From positions 639,267 to 703,266 of the forward strand of contig RHPI01001116.1 of the NCBI GenBank assembly GCA_009103225.1: 64,000 nucleotides of DNA, given 5' to 3'. Under the pieces are notes generated by a model. It worked only from the letters and a program-made list of their open reading frames with translations, did not search any database and had not been told where the DNA came from. Positions 50,404-63,125 of this stretch are shown here, in pieces. A program made the position numbers and the translations under genes. The first letter of the stretch is position 1; every line of letters begins with the position of its first letter. Source of the stretch: Chlorokybus atmophyticus. Its lineage: Eukaryota; Plantae; Mesostigma and Chlorokybus algae.

Positions 50404-52634
50404 ATGGAAGACGACAACCCAACAGAGCTGCCGCCGTCGCCCAATTCTTCAACGCCAGCTGCAGCGCTGGGAAGTGAAGCTGAAGCTAACGCTGGAGCTG
50501 GAGGTGGAGCTGGAGCTGGAGCTGGAGCTGGAGCTGGAGCTGAAACTGAAACTGAAGAACAAGAAGAAGGAGAAGAGGAAGAAGAAGAACAGTCATTTAT
50601 TTCTCTAGATGCTGAAGCTGCACTTGAACCAGAAATAGACGTTGAAGCTTCAGCTCAAGCTGAAGGTTCAGCGTCTGCTCGAACTTCAGATTCCGCTTCA
50701 GAGCAAGCGCATGAGCTGGCATCCGAGGACAATGGAGCTGACGAAGTTGATTTTGGACACGATGAGAACGGAGCTGAAGCTGATGTTGAAGAAAACAACA
50801 AGGCGTCTCATGGGGACGCGGCAGCGATGGAACCCTTCACCGCTGCACAAGAGGTGCCTGCATTGCTCTACGTAGTCCTGTTAGCATTGGCTGTGTATTA
50901 CTTTCAAAAATCCGATGTGCTGTTGACAACCAGCAAGTCAGCTACACCTACTCGGCGTAATCTGTTCTGTGTCACAACACGCTGGCGAGAGCCTGCTGTA
51001 CCTTTATTCAATCATTCAATTTGATCAGTTACCTTCAGGAAGTTATACCTCAAAACCATGTTTGAATGTAGTGGATGCAACACCCTACGCCAGTGTTGTT
51101 ATGTCTTTGTAGTTATAGCGAGTAAGTTCGTATTGTTGTCGATAGGATTCTCCTGGCTCCAGCAAAGAAGAAGGCGAGATGAGTGATGCTTCAGCGGCTT
51201 CTTCTTTGTCACGACCTCCAAGCCCGCAATCGCCGCTGCTGAAGCGAAAAGCGCCAGTCTCAAACACACGCCAAGCGAGCCCCAAACGGCAGCGAAGCAG
51301 GCACGCACCCAGTCCAATCAGACACCCGCAGCCAATCAGAAGAAGCCCCAGGTTGATCATTACTACTAGTAGTGTTGTGTGCATTGTGTCCTTACATAGC
51401 TTATACTTGAGCTTACTGTGGTGTGCCAATGCTCGAGAAGGAGATCTGCAGTTCTACAGCACCGCAGCCGTACGCCACCGCGATGGCAGCCCACCAGGTC
51501 TCCATCACCAGCCACCATGCTTCGCCTGCGGGAGGCGGCAGCCAAGCATGTTTACGAGCCTGCACCGCTTCCTGTGCGCCGGCGCCGCAGTCCGAGCCCC
51601 ATCATGCGAAGACAAGTCGTGCGCCCCGTTAGCCCCGTCAGGAGGGTAGGCATGTCTACTGCCAACATGGATGCATTGTGATGCATACAAAAATGCATCC
51701 CACACTGTGTGAGGCACACTCAACTGCAGTGCACAATAAGGCTATTCTGTCGTTGTGGAGAAGCTTCATGACAAGAAGTTGCGTACACAGTGCCGGCGCA
51801 TTCGTGCTATTGACTGGAGGTTAATGCCTGCAGGTGGTCATGGATGAAGGTGAAGTTGAAGAGCTGTTCAGAACAGCTCTGAAGAATGCTGCGTTGGAGA
51901 AGCGCCCGCCCTTCAACATCTCACTCATCAACGACCGCATGCGTCTTCTCAACCGGCGCTATGACGTGCGCCACACATCCTTCGGTAGCTTTGCGGCTAT
52001 GGCGACCCATTTTGAACGCAAGGGGCTGCTTGCCACCCGCCGAGACAGGCACAGCGTGGTCATAGTTGGCAGCAAGTAAGTGGCTTAGGGGACGTCCTCA
52101 CACTTCCAAGCGTTTGTATGTTGTGGTGTTTGCATGCTAATACATACTTTGCAGATACTTCCCCAAAGGCTCTTCCCCACTTCCTCACTTGAAGAAGCGA
52201 CCAGGCCGTGCACCTTCACAATCACTTTCACGTGCCCGATCAAAGTCACAATCACGGTCGCGATCACCTGTGCACGCACGCAGCAAATCTCCCTCCGTGT
52301 CCTCCCTCTCAGCCGACAGGCGCAAAGCGTCCCCCACCTCAACGTCGCAATCCTCTTCACCCGCGCGCAGAAAACGGCGCTCACCTTCCAGCTCATCCTC
52401 ATCGCCGCCGCGGCGACGGCCGCCCTCATCCTCCTCATCCGAAGATGAAGTCCGCAAGAGGCCCCTCTCCTCCAGCCCCTCCAGCTCCTCAGATTCATCG
52501 CTACCAAGACGACGGCGAAGGCGCTCAGAGGTGCTGACTTGACCTTGACGGTGCCTTACTTCATGTGTCCTTACGCTCATGTGACTCTCAGTTTGTACTA
52601 ACCCATTGTCCACTGCAGAGCTCAGGCCTGTAGC
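50404..52634 (+). CDS. Acidic/low-complexity + RS-rich protein with an OST-HTH/LOTUS-like domain
   Basis: Exons 50404-50852 (acidic, AG repeat), ~51144-51351, ~51440-51645 (SP/RS-rich), 51834-52075 (LFRTALKNAALEKRPPFNISLINDRMRLLNRRYDVRHTSFGSFAAMATHFERKGLLATRRDRHSVVIV), 52155-52530 (RS domain), and a probable last exon ending ~52634 (alternative stop 52542). Confidence 0.7.
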
Positions 52635-54472
52635 CACCAAATGATAGATGTCATTTGCATGAGCAAGTGCGCGATGAAGAGACGAAGGGTGCATAGCAGC
52701 CTTATGTGGGCCCGCTGCCAGCCTGCCAGTGCGCTGCACAGAGCCGACTGCATGGCTGCACGCTGCACAGAGCAGTGTCTGAAGGGTCAGTTGCGGCCAA
52801 TGCATGAAGCTGATCAGATCAGCTGCATAGGCATGTGCACAGCTTTCAAGCGAGCATGCCAATCATGCGCACTGCCTTGCATTGTGCATGTTCAGTGACC
52901 TGCTCCATTCACATGCGTTGATGGGGTTTCCAGTACGTCCGCTGCGTCTAGTGCGGTGATGCCGCCGTGGTGGTGTGTTGAAGGTTCTGACTGCGCCTTG
53001 CTGCATGTCCTTCATGATTGCGTGTGCATGCGAGTTCAGGCCGCAATAGTCAAGTGCTTAACCATTTTGTCAAGTTGACCATGATGTGTACACGCGGCAT
53101 GCTTGGATACTGCGTTGCGGCATCTTTCCGAATGAATCCGTATGCATAGAGGGGGTATGTCAGTATGTCCGCATGCAAAGTGTGACAAGCATAGTGACAT
53201 GCCTGTGACAACTTGACTGTGGGCATTGTTTGTTCGGTGTGGCAACACAACCACAACAATGCCAAGCAGGTGGATTCATACACTACCTCGCGCATATCAT
53301 GCACATGCATGCTGACATAGTAGCACACCCCTCTTGCACGTACATCACATTGACGATACAGTCGTACACTACATGTGGATTGCAGCAGCAAATGCGTCAT
53401 TACAACCGCTACCTATAGCAATGCGCAATCTGCAAGGTTGTTGTTGGCAGCGGCAGTGAGATAACAGCACTCGCAATTTCCTCAGTATTTCGGCACATAG
53501 CGCTATTGTAAATCATACAAATAGTTTCATAACGAGTGAGTGTAACCCTATTAGCATTAGTCATATAATTGATTAAGAAGTGCCATTCTTTTTACGTTGT
53601 CGCTTGCTCCAAACCATGATAGTGTCAGAGTGCGGCATGTTGGATATGCTTGCAAATGACAATACCTACATCATCGGAAGTTCTATCCTATCATAGTGCC
53701 GCGAAATCTTGTTAAACTGTAGCGGCTAAAATGTCAATTCTCTTGTCAAACATCACTGGAAAGCATAATAGTTTTTGCCAAATATTGAATTACAATTTCG
53801 TAAAACAGCCTGCTTGAGTTATTTTTTGAGAAGATTTTGTGACGCTACAATACTGATGACACTTCATAACGCTTTATGTCCAATATCTATCGAAAGGCTT
53901 TTGTTGTCGTTAACAATTTTTATATGACATTTTGTATCATAATGTCATGTACGCTATACAATTTGAAAAAATAGTATCATGAAACCGTTCTACTGAGAGC
54001 TTGACAAACCCCTTTGATGTGAATCCCGTGAATGAGCCAATAAAAACAATTCCTAAAAAGACATGATACAAGCAATATGGTTATAAGGGTTATTCATTGG
54101 TTTTTTAACAATATATCAATGGTGATTACCAAATCAGTTTTAATCGGTAACCAAGCAAGGTGTTATTGTGTGTGCATAGCATCAAGGTGCTGGTGTGTGT
54201 AGCAGGTTGCAACTTGCAAGTACACAATGCGTCTATGTGAAACAAACAACAGACTGCTACACTATAGTTTTGTTCCTATGTACTACATCTATCTGGTAGT
54301 GTCACTTCCTTCCCCCTTCGCAGCGACATCAGCGAGCAGCTTAGGCATGCTGCATGCGTGCATTCGAGTCTGATCTATATGGACGCACCGGCGGCGGCGG
54401 CCAAGGACGAGGGCGAGGACATGGACAAGCAGGAGGAGGCGATGACTAGCGACGGGGTGGCTGCCGACATAC

Positions 54473-56204
54473 ATGGCGACCAGTCCACCGCCGACGCCGG
54501 CTTTAACCGTGCACAGTGCGCCGATGACACCGCTTGTCAAGCAGGAGTCGCCAAGTGAGGGCCTTGCTCTGCCCCATCATATGTGGTGCTTCTATGCATA
54601 CGACCAAGCCTTTGGCAGTCTGCACCTGGAAGCTAGCAACGCTTGTCAGAATTGAGTCCAGCAAGAGCATGGTCATGCTCTTGCTCGTATGCTCTCTCTC
54701 GCTCTCTCTCGACTTTTTATCTGTTTGCAAGCTGCTTGCTTTAGGCACAGTGCGGCAAGACGTTGGGTAATCAATGAGTGCTTGCTTGTAATTGACCATA
54801 CGCAAGCATTGGCTGTTTTCCCCGACTGTCACACAGTCATGCAGCGGAATTGAATTAGCGTTCTCAAGGCTTGCATGTCTCGTTGTACCGACTGTGCAAT
54901 GCAGTCAGTGCGTCAACATGTGCTGTAGTGGGAGAAAGTTGCGTGCATGACAGACATGTTGATGTTGTGTGCACAGGCAGCAAGGAAAGCACGCACTGCA
55001 CGCAGTTGGTAGATATCCTTGATCTGGTTGAAGAACACGGATGGTCATTGTTGGACCAGGTACACATAATCATGAATCCCAAGATTACCACAGTTTGCCT
55101 TCGAGTGAAAGGAGCTCTATATATGCTGCTGTGATGCTGTTGCTTGAGTGTGCTTACGCATATATGGTGTGCGCATGCGCATGCGTGTGTACGTGTGCAC
55201 AGGCATGCGCATGCGCCTGCGTCTGTGCATGTAGAGAGCATGACTGCATAAAAGAATACCAACGGCACGAATGTGTCTTTGTTCTGTGCAGGTTTATGCA
55301 GCGAGACTGGCGCTGCGCGACAGAGTGCGGGACTTCAACAGGGTATGGCGCAACATCCAATGCACGGCGGAGCAGTTCGTAGCTTTATGTGGCTCCTTCG
55401 CGTGCTCTTACGTACGCGAGTTGACTGTTGTTGTGACCGACCCCGCTGTGTGTCTTGACAAGTGGAGTTGTGTGAGACAGATGCCGTGGCTGAGTCGTCT
55501 GACTGTCGAGTTCAAACCCTTCCCTTTGGACCCAACATCGACCCGATTGAGCGGTTGATCCATGAGTGCGCAAATGGTTGGATACACAACTCTCTATTCA
55601 CCTGGAGCGTGCGATGGGCCAAGTGCCTGATTGCTAATTGTTAGACTTCACCCTCTTGATGAACAGCAACATCGAGCATCTGGCGTTTGACCGTCGTCCC
55701 AATATTGCATATGATGTTGTTAATGAGTCTGACGATGACATCCACCCCAAGGACAAAGAGGTTCACGTGTTGGGTTCGGGGGCACTCCCCCTGTTGAAGA
55801 CGCTCACGCGCGCGAGCGCCTTCCCGGTCGCGATCGATCACGACAACACGCGGCTGAAGAATCTTTGCCTTGGCTGCACCCGCGGGATCACCTCTCTCCC
55901 CATGTCAAAAAGTAGCATTCAGGTGGCTTTATCCGAGATGGATTTTGTTATGATCGGCCGCGCGCACCAGTGTCGATTGTATGGTATTGATGACTCGCTG
56001 ATCCGATTGCGTGTGATGGATCTCCAGAATGTTGGCTTCGTACATGATGACGAGATCCCGCCTCCCTCCAACGACGGCGTGTTCATTTCGCCTGGTGCCG
56101 TCCACTGCATCTCAGAAGACCGTGTGGCCTCCACTTGCGTAGATAGTTCACATGAGGTTCACCGCCGAAAGACGTGGCTTTCCAAAATTGAAGTACAGTT
56201 TTGA
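54473..56204 (+). CDS. Divergent F-box-like / LRR-like orphan protein, 4 exons (tentative model)
   Basis: In-frame model 54473-54554, ~54978-55061, ~55292-55553, 55645-56204. The N-terminal LVDILDLVEEHGWSLLDQVYAARLALRDRVRDFNRVWRNI segment loosely resembles an F-box. The third donor (GTTGAT) is weak. Confidence 0.45.
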
Positions 56205-57226
56205 GGAAATGTTTGCCCAACATAAACGCGAGGCACAGAGGTTGTATGACGAAGAAGTTGAGAGCCTTGCATGAAGCAAGTTCGGTGGAGACTTGACAAC
56301 GTAGACAGGTATATGGGACATTTTCTAGAGTAGAAATTCACATCTCTGGCAGCGCTTTGCTGACAAGTTTGTGGACACGCATCACTGCCAGAGCAACTGG
56401 AGGACATACGATCGGCGATTGCCAAGTTGTAATTACTATTATCTTTTTGCTGCTGATGACGTCGCTTATAGAGGTGGAGTGACTTATTCATGCCACTTTC
56501 ATAGGCGTGAGCAGCTTTGGCGGTACGTTGTACATAACATTGTTGGTTTCTGTTCTAGAACATACAGTACCAAACATGCACGCAACATCTGACTGCCTGT
56601 GGAGATTGTGCAAACGGTAAGTGAGTATGTATACTTGTGCTGAACCAGATTCTGCATACTCTAGTAGTAAGTGATGTTTATCGCATCATTCCCCCCTCCT
56701 GTGTCTGTCCTGCATGTCCCTGCTGCAGCGCAGCAACATCACACGCACGCATCTGCACACAAGCATAGCCCAAGCCTGGTAGAATAGCTGGTCCAGCCTG
56801 ATTACCCCCCACCTAAGACACGCGCAGGCTTGTGTGCGGTTGCCTACTGCTTTCATGTGCCCGAGACAGGTCAGAGACCATGCCGTTGTTGCTTGCTGTT
56901 GACTACTGCATCCGCGGTACACACAGCATGCCACCTTGCCATGCTAGCTGTTGTAGCAGCGTATCGGTTGGAACAACACCATGCATGCTGAGTGCCACTT
57001 GATTTGCCTTGCATGCTCCAGGTAGTGTTTAATAGTGAAAAGAAATCCGCATCAACAATCATCTCTCTGCTTTATATGTCGATAGTTTACTACAGCATTA
57101 TGGCATTACTCCGCTAAGATGTATCTCAATAATACAGAGTCGTCTACCGTTCAAAGATGACTGACAGACGGGGATGGGTTTACTGAGCGACTACACTTCC
57201 GCAACTAATGTTCGCAGTTTCAGTCC

Positions 57227-59640
57227 CTAGCTAGTTGCATTTCGAGATAGAGGCTGCAAGGATTTGCGCAAGGCACCATTGTTGCATCGCCATGTGGACT
57301 TGTTGCTGTCCGGAGTCGCGAACAAGAGCAAGTCCTTGTTCTCCAGACCGCGCACTGTTGGTGCTCTGGGAATCTTTGAGGCAAGCTCGGATGCGGACAC
57401 AATCAACTCGGCAGATGTTGCGTCTGCTGCTGTGGTGCTGGCTATAGCCTGATGGAACTCAGCATACACCTCCTTCGGTGCAAGCATGCGCAGACTCGTG
57501 AGTACAGACACCTCCGGCACTGTGATAGAGCGCTTTGGTGGAGTGACTCCTGTGGGCTTGTCCACCTGCAGTTGTAACAGTAAGATGTGTGCAAGACCTA
57601 ACCTCTAAATATAGCTATGGATTGGCCACAAGGCTTGTTGTTCCAACCTTGACTGCTTCATCAAAGTACGCCATGACCGCAGCCGAAACTTGCTGCAAGT
57701 TCTCCTTGTTGTCTTGTGATGCATTGGCTAGCTGCTCTGCGCTCAGCTTGGCATGCGCATCTAGCTAAGTAGTATGCGCCTTAACAGTGGCTCCGCTCCC
57801 TGAAGAGCAGTAGGTTGGGACTTGGGACAGCAACCGGCCACATGCGTGATGATGCAACAACACATGTTGTCATATATGCAACACGCATCACCAACACGTC
57901 TATACCTCGCACAGCCTTGTCGATGGCGAGGCCTTCCGCCAAGGCTGCATTGCGCATGTGCACAATAGCGTCGGTCATGCGGCTTTCATGTGATATCACA
58001 CAATCCTTGCAGCCACTGCAGTAAAACACCCGCAATACAATGGTTATACCCGCATGCACACAAGAACCAACTACTGACAACAGGAGTAAAGGCATTGCTT
58101 ACCTGATGGCTTGCTCTATGGCACCATTATGACTTGCTCGCTGCTCTGCAATACTCTCCTTCAGCTGCGCGTACTGCTGCTGTATGTGCTCGTGGCCAGT
58201 GTTGCTGTTCAGACACAAGCAGTCTCTCGTCAGTCTGTATTCAACTCACTCCTCACCTTTGCAAGCAGTCGTACCTTTGTGCAATGTAGGACTGCAAGTC
58301 CGCCGTATAGGAGCCGATCAACCATGTTGCAGCACTTGCAGTCACCTCGACTGATTCATGCCACTGCTTCAGCCTCTCAGTTGATGTCAGGCATGTTGCC
58401 TTCGCATTACCAACGGCGTCCCTGACCTCATTGCCACTGGCCTTGGTTTAAATTCGGAAGTCTTCAATGTGCTTGTTAAGCTGCACAGCGAACAGTCGCA
58501 TGATAGTCTGTAAAGAATCTGATCCAATGCATGCGTGTGCGTATTTTTGCAACCACGACTGGTACCGTGTCTGTCACTGCACTGTTCTTCTCTTCCAACA
58601 TGCGGGCAATGTTTGCAAGCAGCTTTCCCCGTTCGACCCTTGCTCTCTCCTACACACAATGCCACACCCGTAAGAAACGGCGCATGCACGATGATTTATT
58701 TTCGCTAGCAGCTGTATCAGAACAGTGTCACCATGGCACGTGAGCTTGCCTGAGCTTCGCTGGCAAGATCTGCAAGCTTTGCCTCCCCTACTTTGAAGTT
58801 TTCAAGTGCGTTGGCAATCCCTCAGCAGTTGCGGCAACACACGCCATTGCATCGATTGTGGCCGAAGCCGTATGTTGCGAAGATGCCAACCATGTCTGTA
58901 TTGCCTGCAAGACAGATGCACGCAACCATCATGCATGCTGCTCTGCATGCATTGCACATCATCAGGCAAATCAGTTACCTCATGTTGCTGCGTGACAATT
59001 GATGTCAGTCTCTGCTGACGCTGGTTCAGCAGGCTCACCTGCCACCAGCTGAGTCAGTTGCCTTTCACCCGAAGACACCGCTTCCACAATCGTCTGCATG
59101 CCAAGCAAGCAGCAGTCAGCTAACAGAGGCTTTGTGCTCAATAACAGGTAGCGAGTATGCATGCACCTGGTCAAACCTTTCACTATGTTGCGAGTGGGAG
59201 GCCTGCACGTCATGCAGCGCTTGACCGAGATCCAGCGTGTGCTGCTTGGAGGTTGTAAGGATGCTGTCAGCGCCTTCGCGCACCAACTCCTGCTGTGTCA
59301 CTGCCGCTTGCAATATGTCAACCACATCCTGCAAGCATTGTACGATGGTTTGACTGATACTGCAACACACAAGCCCTGCAAGTGGTGGATGCAAAATAAT
59401 CCCATAACAAGCTCAGAAACAGCACCTTAGAGTTCAAGGAGGCGAAATTCATTATCTGCTGCTGCATAGCTGCAAGTTGCTGTCCTTGTCTGGTTGCGGC
59501 CACAGTCATTTCAGCTTGCAATGACTGGATGTGCTCCAGGAGGCCATACTGGAAGTGCTTGCCTGAAGCAAGGTTCGCCGTCTCCACAGCAGCCTTCCGA
59601 TCTGCCGCTCATAGCATATCAGCATGGTTGCAAGTACTAG
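57227..59640 (-). pseudogene. Kinesin-5 (BimC family) stalk/tail fragment, no motor domain, disrupted
   Basis: ADRKAAVET...LLEHIQSLQAEMTVAATRQGQQLAAMQQQIMNFASLNSK, ERGKLLANIARMLEE and the tail DKPTGVTPPKRSITVPEVSVLTSLRMLAPKEVYAEF...IPRAP resemble the plant kinesin-5 stalk and BimC box. In-frame stop near 59610 and apparent frameshifts near 59040 and 58820. Confidence 0.65.
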
Positions 59641-59949
59641 AGACGCTAGTGCATATTGCATGCAGATGTTGTATATTTTATTACAAGTTAAGTATCACTC
59701 ACCAATCTTCTGAAAGATACCCAACACGTCTGTCACAGTGACATCAAGCTGGTTCCTTATGTCACCAGCTGTTCCCGCCAGTGCATCCTGTGCTTGAAAA
59801 AGAAGCTAAGCCATGTACTGTTCAAGTTGTAGTCTCTTTACATCAGCATGGTGTACCTGAGTGCTCATGCTTCTTGATGAGATGGTCACACGCGTTGCCG
59901 CATGCAACGTGCAGCGAGCAAGCAGCTGGCAATGAGAAAAGAACGGACT

Positions 59950-60230
59950 CAGACAAGAGCATGACAATAACTACCTTCCGCGGCAAAAATGCGCACAAAC
60001 TCTACTTCATTGCATAAAACACCGCGAATGCGGGATGGGACTAAACAAGGCCCTCACTTGGCAACTCCTGCTCATTGACACCCCTCCTCGTCATCTTCGC
60101 TCCATGCACGGCTGAAGCGGCAGCGCCATACACGTTGACATCCCCATTTCAATTCACCTCGTCCTCCCGCTTGTTCATGTCCGCCCCCTCGTCCCACTTG
60201 CTGATGGGCGGCGGCAATGCGGCATCAGTT
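59950..60230 (-). pseudogene. Degraded inverted duplicate of the 5' region/exon 1 of the 54473 gene
   Basis: Minus strand GGACGAGGGGGCGGACATGAACAAGCGGGAGG and GCAGGAGTTGCCAAGTGAGGGCCTTG match 54406-54437 and 54540-54566. Confidence 0.7.
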
Positions 60231-60949
60231 TAACATGCATGTTGGCCTGTTGAATCCCGACATGTCCATTGGGGCAGTGGCGCACGATGTGCCCATGGCT
60301 TACGAGCTCCGTGACGAGTTTGCGATCGAGGGTGGCTAGGAGAGTGCACCCAATATCACCTTGTCAGCCCCTATGGCTTCCCCTGCTCCATGCAGCCCAC
60401 GGGCCATTGAGGTAAGTTGCTGTCTTTTATGCTTGTGCCTTGGTAACAATGCGTCAGGCACTGCATAAGCTTATATTCGTCCTTTGCAACATTGTGAGCC
60501 ATTTTATCCTGGGTCCTGTGTACAGCCCCCCTTGCTGCATGCACAAGTGGTCTCACCTGCCGCTCCAACTCCCCTCGCAGCTAGAGCGCAACCACCTTCC
60601 GCGGCACCAGTCCTTCATGCACTGCCATCTCCTCCACGATTAGCACCGGTGATTGCGGGGCAACAATCCTTCTTGCCGCAACTGACGATACCACAGCACA
60701 ATGCAACAACCGATGTGGCTTCTGCACCTACCTTAACCCACCCGCTGCAAGTTGAAGCCGGCAGTCTGCCCCAAACTTAGGTACTTTATCAGTCACTGTG
60801 ACTCTTGCCGTCCACAGTTGGACACACCATTTAAGTGCTGTATGCGCATGCAGCAGGGGTCACCACCTGCCAGCTAGTCATTAGAGGAGCTGGCCGCAAC
60901 CCGCATACGGCCATCAGTCATGCTAGGTGGCCAGCTCACCTCATGGGAC

Positions 60950-63040
60950 CACTTCAATGCGCCAACGGATGGTAATTGCTTCTACCAGGTGTGTGTTTTG
61001 CGCCAGGCCATCCATAGCGCAAAGTGTCCTGGATGATCACAAGTGCCCCAGCTCGAGCAGATTTTGGGCCATGCTGGACACCATGTACGACGACGGCAGG
61101 GGGGACACTCTCCGCAAAATCACCGCCAACGCTGTCGATGCAGGTGTGGCGAGCAGAATCTTCAACTTCTGCAGAGCCATTGGTGCTGCGGGAGAGATGT
61201 CGCAGTATTACGACAAACTGCCTGCGACCGTGTTGGCTGATGTCAATTGCAACATTGACATAGCCATGGCCAAGGTGCAACGGACCGTGCAGAGAAACGA
61301 TGAGTACGTCGAGCACCTGCAGATGAATATGTTTGCCAACAAGCTAGGCTTGTTGATTGGCTGCGTGACCACTCAGCGCGAGCATGGGGAGTGGTGCCAC
61401 GGCCCGGCAGCGCAGTTTGGGTTGAAAATAAAGAAGCCCCCAACTCAATCCTGGTGGTGGGCAACACTGCTCCGGATGAGCCAGAAGCACACTTTTTGCT
61501 CCTCAAGCCTGCAAGCACCGAACAGTGGTCGTGGCCTAAGCATTGAGTGCCACCGGAGGTAATAGACCTGATCGGAGAGTGGCGGAATGGCGTTGCCAAT
61601 TCCCCGCTACCACCGGCTGTAACCCAAAGTGCTGCGCCAATGCCTCAGGCCTCGCCTTTGTGTGCTAGGCAAGAAGTAGCCGAGTGTCCTGCACATCCTG
61701 CCTCCCCTCAACCACAGCCACATGCTCGCAATAACAAATTAGCACCCTCCCTTCTTGCTGCGGAAACTCACTTGCCACTGCACTCTGACCGTCCAGAGGC
61801 ATCTCCATCAAGAAACAGCGGTAGCTCGCCCTCTCCCTCTAAGCTTGCCACATTGGTCCCAGCCTGTCTTGTTGGTAAAGAGATTGATGGAGATCTCCTG
61901 GAGCTGCGTTGAAAGATAAAGGCTTCATGCTCGACTTCATGAAGCAATATAAGGTCGTGGAGAACGGGAGGCAACCAACAAGGACAAGGTTGTGGAGCAA
62001 GAAGATACCGCCTTACTTCCTCTGAGTAACAGTGCCACGTAGAGCGTCGACCAGGATGTGCAGGTTGAACCCAAGAAAAAAGAATAAAAAGGTTGGAACA
62101 AGGGACGCTGACAGGACCCAAAAAGGAAAGGTGAGGCATCGTTACAACATTACAAGAAGCACAGCGCCTTGAAGCCTCAATGGGGCTGCTTGTGTGTGCT
62201 GAGTAGGCACACGCGGGTTTACAGCGTTAAGTGGCTGCTCAGCATCGTCTAGAGAGACAGCCGGTGCGGCACGAGCTGCCTAAGCTTAAAGCACCGACGC
62301 GCAGACGCTTTGAGGGGCTGACTCGTAGTGCAAAGAAGTTGATCGCCCTACAATACGCCCAAGACGCGCTGCATCCCCGCATGCTCCATGCCTCGAGGTG
62401 GGTGACGAAAGTATGCAATAAGTGGGAGCAAACGCGGAGAGTGCGGTTTAAACAGACCTTTAGGGATTGGCCATGGTTGGAACCCAAACACGATGTGGCC
62501 ATCTGTAGTACATTGTTGCCCCTCGCCGTCCTCGATATGATGGTGTTGTTGCTGCCGCAGCAACCCGGCAATGTGCAAGAGCTATCCGAGCAGCCGAACT
62601 TCAACCTGCTACAGCAGATGTACCAATCGATGTCAATTGATGCGGGTCGAGATGTGTGCCACTACTGAGCAAACATACTGGGTGGCAAGTAAAACCATTC
62701 GAGCAATACTTGGCATGCTTTGACTGGCAGTGGCTGTATGTCATATGGAACGTCGAGCTAATTCTGTGAAAGCTCGAAGAAAATGGCGATGCGGGGAAGT
62801 ACACGAGTGACGACAGCCATGTCGAGGGCCTGGATGAACGCATGCTGGACGAGACCACCAAGACCAGCACGTGATGTATGGCGGCAAATGGGCGTCAGGT
62901 GATCGAGCAGGCAGTGGAGCGTTATGCTGCGCCATTCAGATGGGAGTCGCTACGCCTGCAACGCGATTACAGAGTTTGGTGGCAGAGGCAGCTTGCACAC
63001 CCGCGTGCACCATGCGTGCTGATTTGTCGCATTGAAGAGC
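60950..63040 (+). other. Intronless, frameshifted ORF remnants of unknown origin
   Basis: Coding-like blocks (60927-61562, 62231-62668, 62878-63040) are separated by stops and frameshifts and lack the CATG-rich introns of host genes. Confidence 0.35.
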
Positions 63041-63041
63041 C

Positions 63042-63042
<1 letters not shown>

Positions 63043-63123
<81 letters not shown>

Positions 63124-63125
63124 AN
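63043..63125. other. Poly-C run plus N (probable artefact)
   Basis: About 81 C ending at an N. Confidence 0.85.

Noticed and set aside
61547-61600. DIRS/tyrosine-recombinase call from VPPEVIDLIGEWR
   Set aside because: No HSxRxG motif, RT or RNase H nearby; kept only as a weak hint.
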